A stretch of DNA of 64,000 nucleotides, taken from the NCBI RefSeq assembly GCF_964204645.1, contig NC_134027.1, forward strand, positions 15,594,485 to 15,658,484. Direction: 5' to 3'. Position numbers and translations under genes: made by a program. The stretch's first letter is position 1. The number at the start of each line of letters is the position of its first letter. Below are positions 36,879-49,755 of the stretch, piece after piece. This DNA is from Tubulanus polymorphus (Eukaryota > Animalia > Nemertea). Under the pieces are notes generated by a model. That model saw only the letters and a list, made by a program, of their open reading frames with translations, did not search any database and was not told the DNA's origin.

Positions 36879-38684
36879 CTATCAGATAGGAATACATGTG
36901 CCTGCAAAAGACAGCAACGTACAACTATTAGCCGATAGGCTGCACGCAGAAGGGGCTCTAACCAATACAAGACCCAGAGAACATGTGTCGTTTCTAGTAT
37001 GTGACATCAATGATAAAGCCTGTATGTGACAAATGTGCGAGGCAAAGACTTCCCCCACTACCGCTGAATTTAGATAAGGAAAAGAAGGTATCTTATTCAC
37101 AGTGGGTAACAGCAGAGAAAGATATAGGATCGGAGCGAGAAAAACGACCAATAAAAGTAACGGTCAAAGAAGAGAGGATGGACTCGTTGTTCGACATGTA
37201 TGATAAATATGAAACTGACCTGAAGCCAAGGTTTACAACCCACATATTTAAGATTAGTCATCAATTTCATTCTCTCCGAGAATTAAAACAGAATCTAGAC
37301 ATAAATGAACTTGTTGTTCACATGGACTTTTCCGAAAACTACAGCTGTTTTAATTCTACAGAGATTCAGAGCACGCACTTCGGTGGATCGCACGCACAGG
37401 CATCCCTGCACACTGGAGTCATGTATACCAAAGAGGGCCACCCGTCATTTTGTAGTATATCGTCGAATACCCGTCATGACCCATCTGGTGTTTGGGCCCA
37501 CGTTCGCCCTGTACTTGTGGATGCAATGAAGATAAATCATGATCTTAATACCGTTCATTTCATTACCGACGGGCCCACGACGCAGTACAGAAGTAAATCC
37601 AATTTTTTCCTAGCCTCTGATATTCCACAAAGGTTAGGCTTCATCAAAACAACGTGGAACTTTTTGGAAGCAGGCCACGGAAAGGGGGGCGGCTGATGGG
37701 ATAGGTGGTTCCGTCAAACGTTTGGCTGATCGTTTAATTGCTGAAGGAATGGATATTCCGAATCCTAGATTGATGTACACCGCCCTGGTCTCAAGAAAGT
37801 CAGATATCAAATACTACTACATCGAGCACGAAGATATAACAGCATTTGACAACAGGATCCCTCAGAATATCATGACTATCAAGGGAACAATGAAGATACA
37901 TCAGGTAGGCCCTAATGTACTACAGAGTATTATCTAAACATAGGCAAAAGCCATGTATACGTCCAGGATAATATTTTTCATTCATTTTCATTTTCAGTTG
38001 CTCTTTGACGATCAAATTACTGTCCGACATCGTCCGTTTAGTTGCTTTTGTAAGAAACCAGAATTCTGTAAATGTTTTGGGTTACAATCATCAAACCTCC
38101 AACCAGCTATAGATAGAGCAACAAATACATATACAGGTAGGGAAACCAGTAAAACTTTTATTTAGTAAATAATCGATGGCGATAGCCTCTCATGGCAATC
38201 AAGGTTTTGTGGTCACGTCAGCCGACATCACCGGAACCTAATGGGTTACATTGACAATATCAGGCTGTCGTTGCAATGAAAAAGTTCTTAACTGAACTTA
38301 ATTGTACTGTACCTTCTATATTTTTGGCATTAAAATACTTAATTAATTATGATCATATTTCGTTTTACAGATGAACTTCATACATGTGTTCTTCAACCTG
38401 TATCAACAAGTGATGAAAACCTCAAAGGAAAGTGGGTCGTGGTATTGTATGATGGTCAACCATATCCCGGAATTATAACTGACTTCGATGAGGACTCCGT
38501 TGAAATTAAATCAATGAGCCGCATAGGTCAAAACAGATTTTTCTGGCTTATGAGAGACTATATTATATGGTATGACTATGAAGCCATCCTATCTCTCATA
38601 CCGCCCCCAACAAATGTTACCTCCCGACATGTTGAGATTGAAAAAAACGTGTGGGAATATATTGCCAATAGGTTAGGCATGTAA
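36879..38684 (+). pseudogene. Sola2 transposase, 3' catalytic part with introns
   Basis: DDD-type motifs VHMDFSENY, FITDGPTTQYRS and WNFLEAGHGKG(G)ADG, with a frameshift in the G-run at ~37690. A final exon encodes GKWVVVLYDGQPYPGII. Confidence 0.85.
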
Positions 38685-38791
38685 CATTCCGCCTGATCAC
38701 TTGGGTCAGTTCAAGGTATTTACATTTCACGACATGTATTTGCGTTATTAGTTGATAGATTCCGAATTTTTGACGCCGTAAAAACCATTTA

Positions 38792-39558
38792 CAGTAGACT
38801 CCTCCCAACTCGAATCCTATTAAGTCAGCATATCAGCATATGTTGAAATTTTTTTTCTGTCTCCTATGTTAAACCATACATTTGAATTCACTCTACTCGA
38901 AATAGCTTTGTTCAACTCGAACTATTTTCTAACAAAATACGTTAAAACTCCTCTCAACTCGAATATCTGACCGACTTCCCGGCAGCAAACACGAAGTTTC
39001 GAATAAAAACATGCATGTATTTACTGCTTTAATTAGTAGGCTACCAGTAGTAATACGTGTAGTAGAAGATTCACGCTACGCATAAAGACAATACATCGCT
39101 CGCGGAGACATTCAGTCATTCAGTACGTACACAATCTCCAACAGGGCTAGCGATCCAAAAACCCGAAAATTAACAGCCCGTTGCCCGTTACACATGTTTA
39201 TTGATTATCTATCAATGAATGTTAGCATCGTTACGTTAGTTTCGTCTACTTTTTTTGAGCCAAAAAAAGTTCACAGTAAAATGATTCAAGCCGCATTTCA
39301 TGATCGTTCCTTTTTCTTCACACCAAGTAAGTTCTTTGGAGGTAAAAAGAGACTAAACAAGCTTTGCTTCAACGGAATTAATTTTTATTCAGCATCAAAT
39401 TGTCAAACAAGCCATGTAGGATCGATACTGAATCGTTTATTGAGGTTTAATTTCTTAATAATTTTTGGGCAATTTCGTCAAAAACCCCAACTCGAATTCC
39501 GCTTAACTAGTTGATTTTTTCCTGGTCCCAATGAATTCGAGTTGAGCAGAGTCTACTG
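38792..39558. mobile_element. Tc1/mariner (pogo/Tigger-like) MITE
   Basis: ta-CAGTAGACTC...CAACTCGAAT TIRs...GAGTCTACTG-ta with a TA TSD. Confidence 0.8.
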
Positions 39559-39682
39559 TAGTACCCCTTTAATAACGCATACTAATATCATTTATAATGA
39601 TATGATTATGGTACTCGAGTCGAGTGCTCATCGCGATGAGCACTTCGTTGTGAATATTGGTATTTTGAAAAGAAAAAAATTA

Positions 39683-39851
39683 CCGTGGAACCTCGTTACA
39701 ACTCCACAGGACCGAAAGTCTGTCCGTTATAACCGATAGTTCGTTATATCCAGTATGAAATTAATCAAATTGTCTTATTTGGGGCACAACTGTATATTTG
39801 TTATATCTGATGAATCCGTTGTATCATATTCGTTATAACGAGGTTCCACTA
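39683..39851. mobile_element. Short pogo/Tigger-like MITE
   Basis: GTGGAACCTCGTTACAAC / GTTATAACGAGGTTCCAC inverted ends. Confidence 0.7.
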
Positions 39852-42800
39852 ATTAAACAATTGTGAATTTTGGCGTTCATTTTGTATTCAAATATGTTTC
39901 ATGTCACGTTCAAATATGTTATATTTTCTATTTTATCAACGTTCGTGTCTTTTTCACAATGAATTTTGTCTGAATAGACCGGTTGCCGGCCAATTCAATT
40001 ATACAACGCTACTGTGGCAATCGTGGATTCCACTAATGGCACGCAAGGATCCAGCAGGTGTCGCTAGTAGTCACTGGTCGGTCTAGCATTCAATTTCATC
40101 TATATTTCAGTTATAGTTGAATGAACTTTTCTCTTAAATTAATTAATCATTTATGAAAACCATACTCACCTAGTAGAAAAATAAATGTTATGTATTTTGA
40201 CGGGTCATGTGATGATATAACTGGTGTTGCAGCTCGATATATCTCAAATTCAATATAGCTTTATTGATCCTTATTTTGATAATATCGGGTAATTCTTTTT
40301 CAAAGCGTCAATAAAGTTAGTTTTCATGTTTTTCAACTGCCCAGTAATTATACTCGACCATTTTTTTCTTACAAGGGTTTGACTGCCTCCAGCATTTGTA
40401 TTGAAGGAAGCTAGCAGAGGCTGACATGTGAGGATGCCCGGTGTGTTTCGAGTCCTGGAATTTCAAGGGATGTATTATATATTGTCGTCAGTTTCTAAAC
40501 ATTTTCTTGAAATGTGTTGTATTGTGTTATCATAGATTAAAACTCGTTTTTACTGTTAAATGATGCTTTTTCTCTAGTTTATCTTGAGTCAGGGATTCGG
40601 CAAACAATCTGAAGTTGAATATTCAGTCATCTACGTCACGAACTAATCATTTACGTCACATCAAATCATCTACGTCACTATCGATATTTTCATAAAAATA
40701 ATTGTTTACAATAAAAGTACAACAGCCATTCACGGTGGTTAGTCGAAATCTGTGCTAATGAAAAGACTTTGAATGATGAATTGGATTTAATGGATTATTG
40801 GCCGTTTTGCAAATTCATATGAAATGTTGTATTTTGGACTCCAGAACATGTATTATTTTGTAAGACATCTAAAAAAACCTGTTGAAACTCAAGCCCATTG
40901 GCCAAAATCCACCAGTTACATAGCATTTCTTTTAAACTTACGTGTAACATGATGAATTTTAAGATTTGTTACACAATTCTGAATTTAAAGTGTTTCACCA
41001 GTAACATAGAAGGTCGTGACGTAGATGACCTTACATCGTGACGTCATTAATTGGTGACGTCATAGTGGGCACCGGCTATTCAAAACATCGTGCCAAATAT
41101 CATTCCAATGATGCAGGTCATCATTAGTTTCAATTTTATTAAGTACTTAATGAGAATATTTAACTTGACAAATCAACAAGTGCAACTGTCATTTTCATGT
41201 GTTACTGTAGAATGACCCACGGACTAAATTAATAAAATGTAGAAAATTCAATATTTCTCTCTAAAATTACTCTAAATGTTATTTTTTGTTGATAAGATGC
41301 ATAAATTTTGGTCAATTTTAACCTTAAGAATATGAAACAAGAATAATATCTGCATTGGCATCGATGTCAGTCCATGTTAAAGTTAGAATGGTCGCCTATC
41401 CAATTCTGCGCCACCTGCATTCGCAGTCAGAATAGGACAGGTTTAAACCGTCCGCCATCTTCCGCAGAACTTACGGATCCAATCATATTTCAGTATTTCA
41501 TCACGTGAACAATGTAACACGGCCGCCTCCAGAGTGTCTCGATTTACGTCCCATGGACCTCTTAAAAGTCGATTTTTAACATCAATGAAGAAAGAAACTC
41601 GACCAAAACTATCAGTAACGCCTTTTGTGAGAACCTGTACCTCGTGACCTCGAAAATATCGATATACATCTCAGGATATCTTCGTTACAGCGCCGTCAAA
41701 ATCTACCCTGCTCGAAGGTATGGTCGTCAATCGACAACAAGAACGAACTTGAGATGGAAAAACCAATCTCTACTGACTGACAGTGACATAGATAACTGAA
41801 CTAGCGATGCTGCTGAGGCCACGACACCGGCAATTGGTTTTTTGACGCCTTATAAAACGTTACCATTATGAAACCTAAACAATGTTAACCATTCAGCGTC
41901 ATTTTACAAACGAAAGCCGTAAATCGATGTGCAAAACGTCACAGGTCTATGTGTACACAAACAAGCTATCTGGCAAAATATTATTGACATAGATGTAGAA
42001 TGGCTTCCTGTGATTATATAATGACCTATATTTGAACGTCGAAATGTTATATTGCATTGAATATCATTAGAAGACGTATTGTAATAGTAAAGGATGTATG
42101 ATTATATCAGAAGCGGCAGGCATAAATAGAAATGATAAGTAAATCGGATTATTCGGTTAAATGGCGGATGTATACACGATTTGGAAGACTGATATAAAAG
42201 TCAGACCCTGACGTGGGCATGCCGGTGGAATGACGAAGCTATCTACGATGTGTGTAGGGCCGGCGTGAATTTCATCAGCGGCTACAAGCGGTCAATATGA
42301 AAATGTGTAAACATATAATTTCAATATTCAAACATTTTAGAAAATATGTTTGATATTAGGAGTATGCAGGTTTCGTGAGATTAGCAATTTATAATAGCAT
42401 AGCTATCATATACGGCTCCGCGTCCTCTGATGGCATGTGTATTAGGTGACAATTCAATTCAATTCTTTATTGATCCTTATTACATTGAAATTTCGGGATA
42501 AAATTCCCAAATTCAATAAATGAAAATTTTAAAATAAAATAATACAACATACATGACAGACAGGTAATTCATACAGAACAACATAAGCATGTTATTTTAA
42601 ATGACAATGTCTACTTCAACCCACCCAGACTCTAGGATATCGAGTGACAGCCAAACCCGTGGCCCGGGGTGGCTAGGCCACACGATATGCTCGAAGTCAT
42701 GATGAAGCAGACATCAGAAGAGCTCGTTCTTCAACCATGGAGGCAATGAAGTTGCAGACCAGCTTAGAGGCATAAGTAAATGAAGGCGGTCGCAAGTTCG

Positions 42801-43549
42801 CGATCAATTATTGAGAATTTTCAATAAAAAAATTTAAACCACAGAGTAGAAGACCCGCTGTATCATCTACCCAATCGCCAAATCTCATCATTCCCCAAAT
42901 TTCTTAAAACTTCGATTTCAAATTTGCAATTCCACATTAGCTTAGCCCAGAAATTATACATTTTTTCGCAGGCGTCAAATAATTTTCTAAAATTAATTTT
43001 CTTGTTTCACTTAAGATGATTGATTGATTATTCTGAATGTGACACTGGACATTAGCAGTCATTTTCAATGTGGTGAAAATATTATACAAGACACTCGACA
43101 TGACAGGTCCGTAACTTCACTTACTTCACTTCAATGTTTTTTAAAACTTGTGAACAGTAAATGAATACTTATTTACAAATATTCTGTTGATTGTCCATTG
43201 AATCTGTTCATTGTCCCAACTCAGAGAGCTCAACATGCACAGAATGAATTGTTGTTGTTTCATGGTAAGTTTAATAAACGGATGAAACATGGAATTGAAA
43301 AGTCAATCCAGGTTTGATTGTTGGTATATCTATAGTGATTTAATTTCAGAAAGTATCGTCAATCACGAATCAAAGAGATCCAGCACTAATTGTCATGAAA
43401 TGAGATTCCAAATAAAGGTGAAACTCCTAGATTCTGATACAGAGATGAGGTTTAAAGAGCTGGAATTTATGAATTACTACACGAGCGAGCATGCAATTGG
43501 AATTAGGCCTACTTTCTGGTCAAGACTTGGTCTTTGTGATTCGAGTTAA

Positions 43550-44160
43550 AGGGGAACTGCAGTGAAAATTTTTTGTATCTAAATGTGTTAGAAAACTTTA
43601 TAAATACATTTTCAAAACAGCAGAAAAACATTTCATCTAATACTTTATCCAAAAGGAGGGTTTTGTAGAGTGCCTGGCCGCCGCCATTTTCTGCACGTAG
43701 CAGACGCTTTTCTCTCGGCTGTGACGTATTTCGGCCCACTGTGATGCGTGTTACTGCTGCTATTCATAGTGTTTTCGCCAATAATAGTTCTAAACTGCAG
43801 CATAATGCCACATCAGCAATTATTTGGATATGTTTCACACAGTGAGTGGATAAATAAAAGTAAAGACCCCACTGGCAGGAGTATTTTAATCGCAATTTTC
43901 AACTGAGATCTTCAATGAGTGTATCTACTTGTGTACACACTGGAGTGTTTGATGGGTCGGGAAACGTCATCAATGTTTACATGCCTCACTTTGGAATTTA
44001 AATATGGCGGCTCTCATCTGCAGTGAATTCTGCTGATAGCAGTATCAAAATCGTTGTAAACAAGTTAATTAGGAAGAATTGGGAATTTAAACGAGCATTA
44101 TGCATAACAACAACAATAGTAGAAATGAATGGCCAATTATAATTTTTTGACTGCAGTTCC
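43550..44160. mobile_element. Kolobok-like non-autonomous element (right end clipped)
   Basis: TTAA-AGGGGAACTGCAGTGAAAA at the left end and TTTTTGACTGCAGTTCC at the right; the second TTAA is missing. Confidence 0.45.
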
Positions 44161-44237
44161 TACAGCAGCATCCTGGCGACAATTATATTTATCTTTTTTG
44201 TAGCTCCCAAAAACATGATTATTTTAAATCAAATTAA

Positions 44238-44520
44238 TTTTCTGTGTGAAAAAATCACACAGAAAAATAATCTATATTTATATTTATCATTTTCCTCGAC
44301 GGTGGCCATTTTACTGTGTGAAAAAATCACACAGAAAAATAATTTATATTTATATTTATCATTTTTCTCGATGGCGGCCATTTTTCTGTGTCAAAAAATC
44401 ACACAGAAAAATAATTTATATTTATATTTATCATTTTTCTCGATGGTGGCCATTATATATAAATATAAATATAAATTATTTTTCTGTGTGATTTCTACAC
44501 ACAGAAAAATGGCCGCCATC
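44238..44520. repeat. ~72-bp tandem repeat x3 plus one inverted copy
   Basis: Unit ttttctgtgtgaaaaaatcacacagaaaaataatttatatttatatttatcatttttctcgatggcggcca; reverse-complement copy at ~44457-44520. Confidence 0.85.
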
Positions 44521-44704
44521 ATGCAGTCCCACGTAACATTGCACAACGGGTCGATGTTGGTAAGCATAATTGGCCCAATGATGGTTACCAATGTCGGACC
44601 AACATTGGACTTACTCATCGGTAATTGGAAGATGTGGGTTTCAGATCAGAGTACTAGAGTACTAGACACCACTCATCACCACGAGTAATTTTTTTTCCTT
44701 ATAA

Positions 44705-47700
44705 ATGGGAGAGAGTGAGTACCAGACAGAAAACAATAATGTTAATAAAAATCAATATTATTGCCCATATTGTAAAAAATACATCGATAAATCTAATAAA
44801 TCTAAACATGAAAAATCTTCAAATCATATAAAAAATGTAATAGATTTTGAAACTCCAGAAAATTCCAATGAAAGAAAAGAAAGATTAGAAAATATGAATG
44901 TGGATGAAATAAAATGCGAAGTTTGTAATGAATTTATAGTAAAAAGGAATTATAATAGACATCTCGAATCACAAAAACACCACCAAAATTTGAGTAATAA
45001 TGTTTTAGGAAAAGCTTATTTTGACGATAAACCTCAAAAAGTAAAAAAACCAAATTCAAAAACTAAATCCATTTCAAATAAACCTTACATGGAAAATGTT
45101 AGAAATTATATTGATTCACTAGAAATAAAAGATACAATTGAAATTTTAGAAACATTACATAGTAAAATTGGTCCTGCAGCTATTATATTTAGATTTTTTA
45201 AAGGTACAACAATAGAAGATTATAGTACATTTAATGAAATAATAGAAAAAATACTAGATTTAATAACAGATGTTGAATATCCAAAAATTAGTATCTCTGG
45301 GAAAGTAAGTTTTATAAAGTCAGAAGAAAAAATGGATTATAATATTCAAACACACTCTGTGTAATTTCAAAAACACAAATAAAAGAGAAGTTAGAAAAAA
45401 TATTTAATGAATTTAAACGTCATATTGAAGAAAGATATTTTGAGGGTTCTGGCTTAACATTGAACGAAATTATATATTTAGATTTAAATGTTTATAATAC
45501 AAAGAGGAATAAAACATCAAAAAGTAATAAAATGTTTAAAAATGATTCAAACTTTACAACAGAAAAGGATATTAAAGCATCATCTTATATTAAATTACCA
45601 TTTACAACAAAAGCAGTAATAAATGTTCAAAATGAAGATAATAAATGTTTTCTATGGTCAATTATTAGTTGCTTACATCCAACACAGGAAAATGTTTGTA
45701 GAATAACAGATTATCGGAAATGTGAAACATTATATAAAATTGATCAATATCCAGTAACTATAAAAATGACACCCAAAATAGAAAAAATTAATAATTTAAA
45801 AATAAATGTATTCGAATTAATGCAATTACCAAAGACAAAAGGTGAAAATATTAAAGATTATACATTGGATGCTTTATATTTAACAGAATATTATGATGAT
45901 GAAAATGCTATAGATTTGTTATATTATAAAAAAGATGAAAATGAACATTATATGTGGTTAAAACAAATTGATTTATTCTTTAGAACAGAAAGTGATCATC
46001 ATCGTAAAATTTATCTATGTAGAAAATGTTTATCTAAATTTATGACTGAGAATACATTATTAAAACATAAAGAATTATGTGATAATAAAGATTTTTGTAA
46101 ATTAATAATGCCAACAGAAAAAGATTATAAATTGAAATTTACTAATCATAAATTTAAGAATATTGTTCCATTTGTAATTTATGGGGATTTTGAATCGTTG
46201 AATAAAGAATTAACTGATCAAGATAGAAAAGAAATATATAACAAAAAGTAATTATTAAAATCAATGGATAAAGGAAATGAATTAAATGAAGACGCAACAC
46301 AAGACCCACCAATTATAAATACAATTAAAAAAGTTCATCAAAGAGCTGCTGCTTATGGAATTTACATCAAATCAAATTATCCCGAATTATATGAAAGTCA
46401 ATATATTTCTTTTAGAGGTGAAAATGTAGTTAATGATTTTTGTAATAAAATAATTGAATTAGAAAGTGATTTTGCAAAATTATTAAACAAAAATTAAAGA
46501 ATAGTTATGACAAAAGAAGATGAAATTGATTTTAATTATGCAACTCATTGTTGTTATTGTGAAAAAAGTTTTTATTCATTTGATAAAAAAGTTATAGATC
46601 ATGATCATTTAAATTCAAAATATCGTGGAGCTGCTCATGAAGATTGCAATTTACAAGCTAAGAAAGTTAATTTCGTACCAATATTATTTCATAATTTATC
46701 AGGCTATGATACCCATCTATTTATAAAACAATTATCGGGAAAATTGGGAGCAATTAATCAAGAAATAGAAGAATATAATGCTATGAATGAAGCAAATGTA
46801 AGAAAATATGATTTTAAACTATTAGCTAAAACATCTGAAAATTATATTTCATTTCAATTTGGTTGCATTAGATTTTTAGATTCTTATAGATTTCTAGCAA
46901 GTTAATTAGATAATTTATCAAAAAGTTTAGTTGATAATGATTTTGATATAACTCAATATTATTATCCAAATGAACAAGATTTTAAATTATTGAGATATAA
47001 AGGCGCAATTCCTTATTGATTTTATAAAACACAAATTAACAGAATTATTAAAAGATCAATTTTATGATCAATTAAAAGAGGAGTATGTGAAAGACGAAGT
47101 GTTTAATAGAACATTAAATATTTGGAACCATTTTAAGATGAAAAATCATGGTGAATTAGTTGATTTATATTTAAAATCAGATGTTATGATATTGGCTGAC
47201 ATATTTGAAAAATTTAGAGAAGTTAATTTGAATCATTTTAATGTTGATCCTTGTTATTACTACTCTAGTCCTGGTTTAACCTGGCAATGTGGTTTAAAAT
47301 ATACAAATGTAGAATTAGATTTATTAAAAGAACCAGACATGGTTTTATTATTTGAAAAATCAATTAGAGGTGGAATTAGTGGTGTTATGGGAGATAGATA
47401 TTTTAAAGCAAATGATGAATATAAATTATTATATATTGACGCCAATAATTTATATGGTTGGGCAATGATGCAACCTCAACCATATAAAAATTTTATATTA
47501 ACAGAAGTTGAAAATGGTGATAAAACTGATTGGGAAAGCGCAATTGCGAGTTTAAAAGATGAAGCACCAATTGGTTATTTCTTTGTAGTTGATTTAGAAT
47601 ATCCTGAAAATATAAAGTTTAAAACAAGAAACTTACCTTATTGCCCAGAACATTTAACTGTAGATGATAGTTATTTAAGTGAATACCAGAAGAAAATAAA

Positions 47701-49755
47701 ACCGAAAGATCATGTTTTTACAGAAAAATTAATACTTACTCAAAATAATAAATACGATTATATTGTTCATTATAGAATGTTAAAATTTTATCTAAAACAA
47801 GGAATGAAATTAAAGAAAGTACATAGATATATTGAATTTAATCAATCGAAGTGGTTAGAAAAATATATAGATTTCAATACTCAACAGAGAACAATATCAA
47901 AAACAGATTTTGAAAAAGATTTCTTCAAATTAATGAATAATAGTTTTTATGGTAAAACATGCGAAAATATTAGAAATAGAAATGATATTGAATTAGTGAA
48001 TAATTCTGAACGATTAAGACATTTACAATCAAGTCCTAGACATTTAGGAAATAAAAGATTTGAAGATTATTTAACAGCAGTTAAATTAAAAAGAACGTCA
48101 ATGAAATTTAATAAACCTATATTTATTGGTTCAACTGTTTTAGAAGTATCAAAATTATTAATGTATGATTTTTATTATAATGTTTTACAACCACTTTTTG
48201 GGGAAAAGCATATTGAAATATTATATTTTGATTCTGTAACAGCTGACACCCCAATATTATCAAAATGTAATGATAAAATATTGATAAGAAGAATTACAGA
48301 AATAATTCCAAAACAAAATGAATGTTATATTTCATATGGTTAAAAAAAGAATTAATACAAATAAATGGATTAATGAATGTTTGGACAAGAAATGGATGGA
48401 AAAAATTAGAGAATATTATTAGACATAGAACAAATAAGAAAATCTATAGAGTTAGAACTAAATTAGGGTTTGTAGATGTTACAGAAGATCATAGTTTAAT
48501 TAAACGAAATGGCGATGAAATAAAACCAACTGATATAAAAATTGGATATGAATTATTACATAAAAGATTTTTCCAAAGAATGAATCATATGTCATTTGAT
48601 GAAATTATTGATAATATTTTTAATATAGAACCCGAAACATTAGAAGAAAAAGAATATTTGATCAAAGGATTTTTCATGGGTGATGGTTCAGCAGGTGTTT
48701 ATAATTATGTTAATCGCACTCAATATTGCTGGTATTTATGCAATCAAGATTTGAAATTATTAGAAAGAATAAAGAAATTCAGTGAAGAAGTTTATTCACA
48801 TAAAGCATTCAAAATCATAGATGTTATGCAATCATCGCAATGTTATAGAATACATGTGAATAATCCTAAAGATTTTGCTATAAAATATAATGATGAATTC
48901 TATATTCATGCAATAGTGAAAAGTAATACTTCAACTAAAGAAAAAATAGTGCCAGATTATGTATTAAATGCAAAAAATAATTTAAGAAAATGGTTCTCCA
49001 TTGGATTCTATGCCGCAGATGGCACTAAAAAATGTACAAAGGATAAAAAGATAACCTTTGCACAGAAAGGAAAAGTTGCTATATCAGGATTAAATATATT
49101 ATGCAATTCATTAGGATTCAATATGAATATTGGATTGATTAAATCTAAACCAAATTGCTTTAATCTAAGCCACACAGAAAAAGATTTAACAGAAGAAGTT
49201 AAAGATTTATTTGAAATATATAACCCAACAGATTATGTTTATGATTTATCAACTGAAGATGGTACATTTAACTGTGGATTTCCATTAATAGCCAAAAATA
49301 CTGACGCCTACATACTAAAAATCAAGACAAATGACATAACAAAAGACTTAAAAACATTAAAACATTATTTTGATTTTAGCAATTATCCCAAAGATCATGA
49401 ACTATTTAGCAATGATAATAAAAAGATTCCTGGTAAATTTAAAGATGAATTAGGGGGTGATGAAATGATTGAATTTGTTGGGATAAGAAGTAAAATGTAT
49501 AGTTATAGAACAAAAGATCATGAAGCTAAAAAGTTAAAAGGAATAACAAAACATGTGGTTGATAAACATATAGAATTTCAAGATTATATAAAGTGTTTAT
49601 ATAAATCAATTGTAATGAAACACAAAATGAATTGTTAAAGATCAGAAGATCACGAGATGTACATTAATGAAGTTGAAAAAACTAGTTTAAATCCATTTGA
49701 TGATAGAAGGCATATTTTAGATTATGGTATAAAAACATTACCTTATGGTCATTAA
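44705..49755 (+). pseudogene. polB: P2 pPolB with intein (several nonsense/frameshift lesions)
   Basis: Colinear with P1 pPolB (YGDFES, FHNLSGYD, YIDANNLYG, KLMNNSFYGKT); motif C is split as YFD|...|TDAY. Confidence 0.93.
48233..49299 (+). mobile_element. Intein with LAGLIDADG homing endonuclease in pPolB motif C
   Basis: Block A SVTADTPIL, block B VDVTEDHSLI, two LAGLIDADG motifs (LIKGFFMGDGS, FSIGFYAADG), block F DYVYDLSTEDGTF and block G LIAKN|T. The insert is 1067 bp with one frameshift at ~48340 and is absent from the P1 ortholog. Confidence 0.93.

Larger units (their letters stand above)
9852..41218 (+). mobile_element. Sola2 DNA transposon (host of Polinton P1)
   Basis: TIR GGGTCATTCTACAGTAACA / TGTTACTGTAGAATGACCC with a 4-bp TSD ACGG (9848-51, 41219-22). 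Repeated subterminal TCATCTACGTCAC motifs occur at both ends. GRG termini, a 4-bp TSD and the transposase motifs fit Sola2. Confidence 0.85.

Noticed and set aside
41223-43545. Possible host gene between Sola2 and P2
   Set aside because: No convincing ORF, exon chain or RNA gene could be supported; left unannotated.
44215-44688. ORFs of 157, 81 and 75 aa
   Set aside because: They are translations of the 72-bp tandem repeat crossing element boundaries.
48330-48350. Programmed -1 frameshift inside the intein at GGTTAAAAAAAG
   Set aside because: The stop precedes the A-run and the gene has many other lesions; a 1-bp deletion is the simpler explanation.
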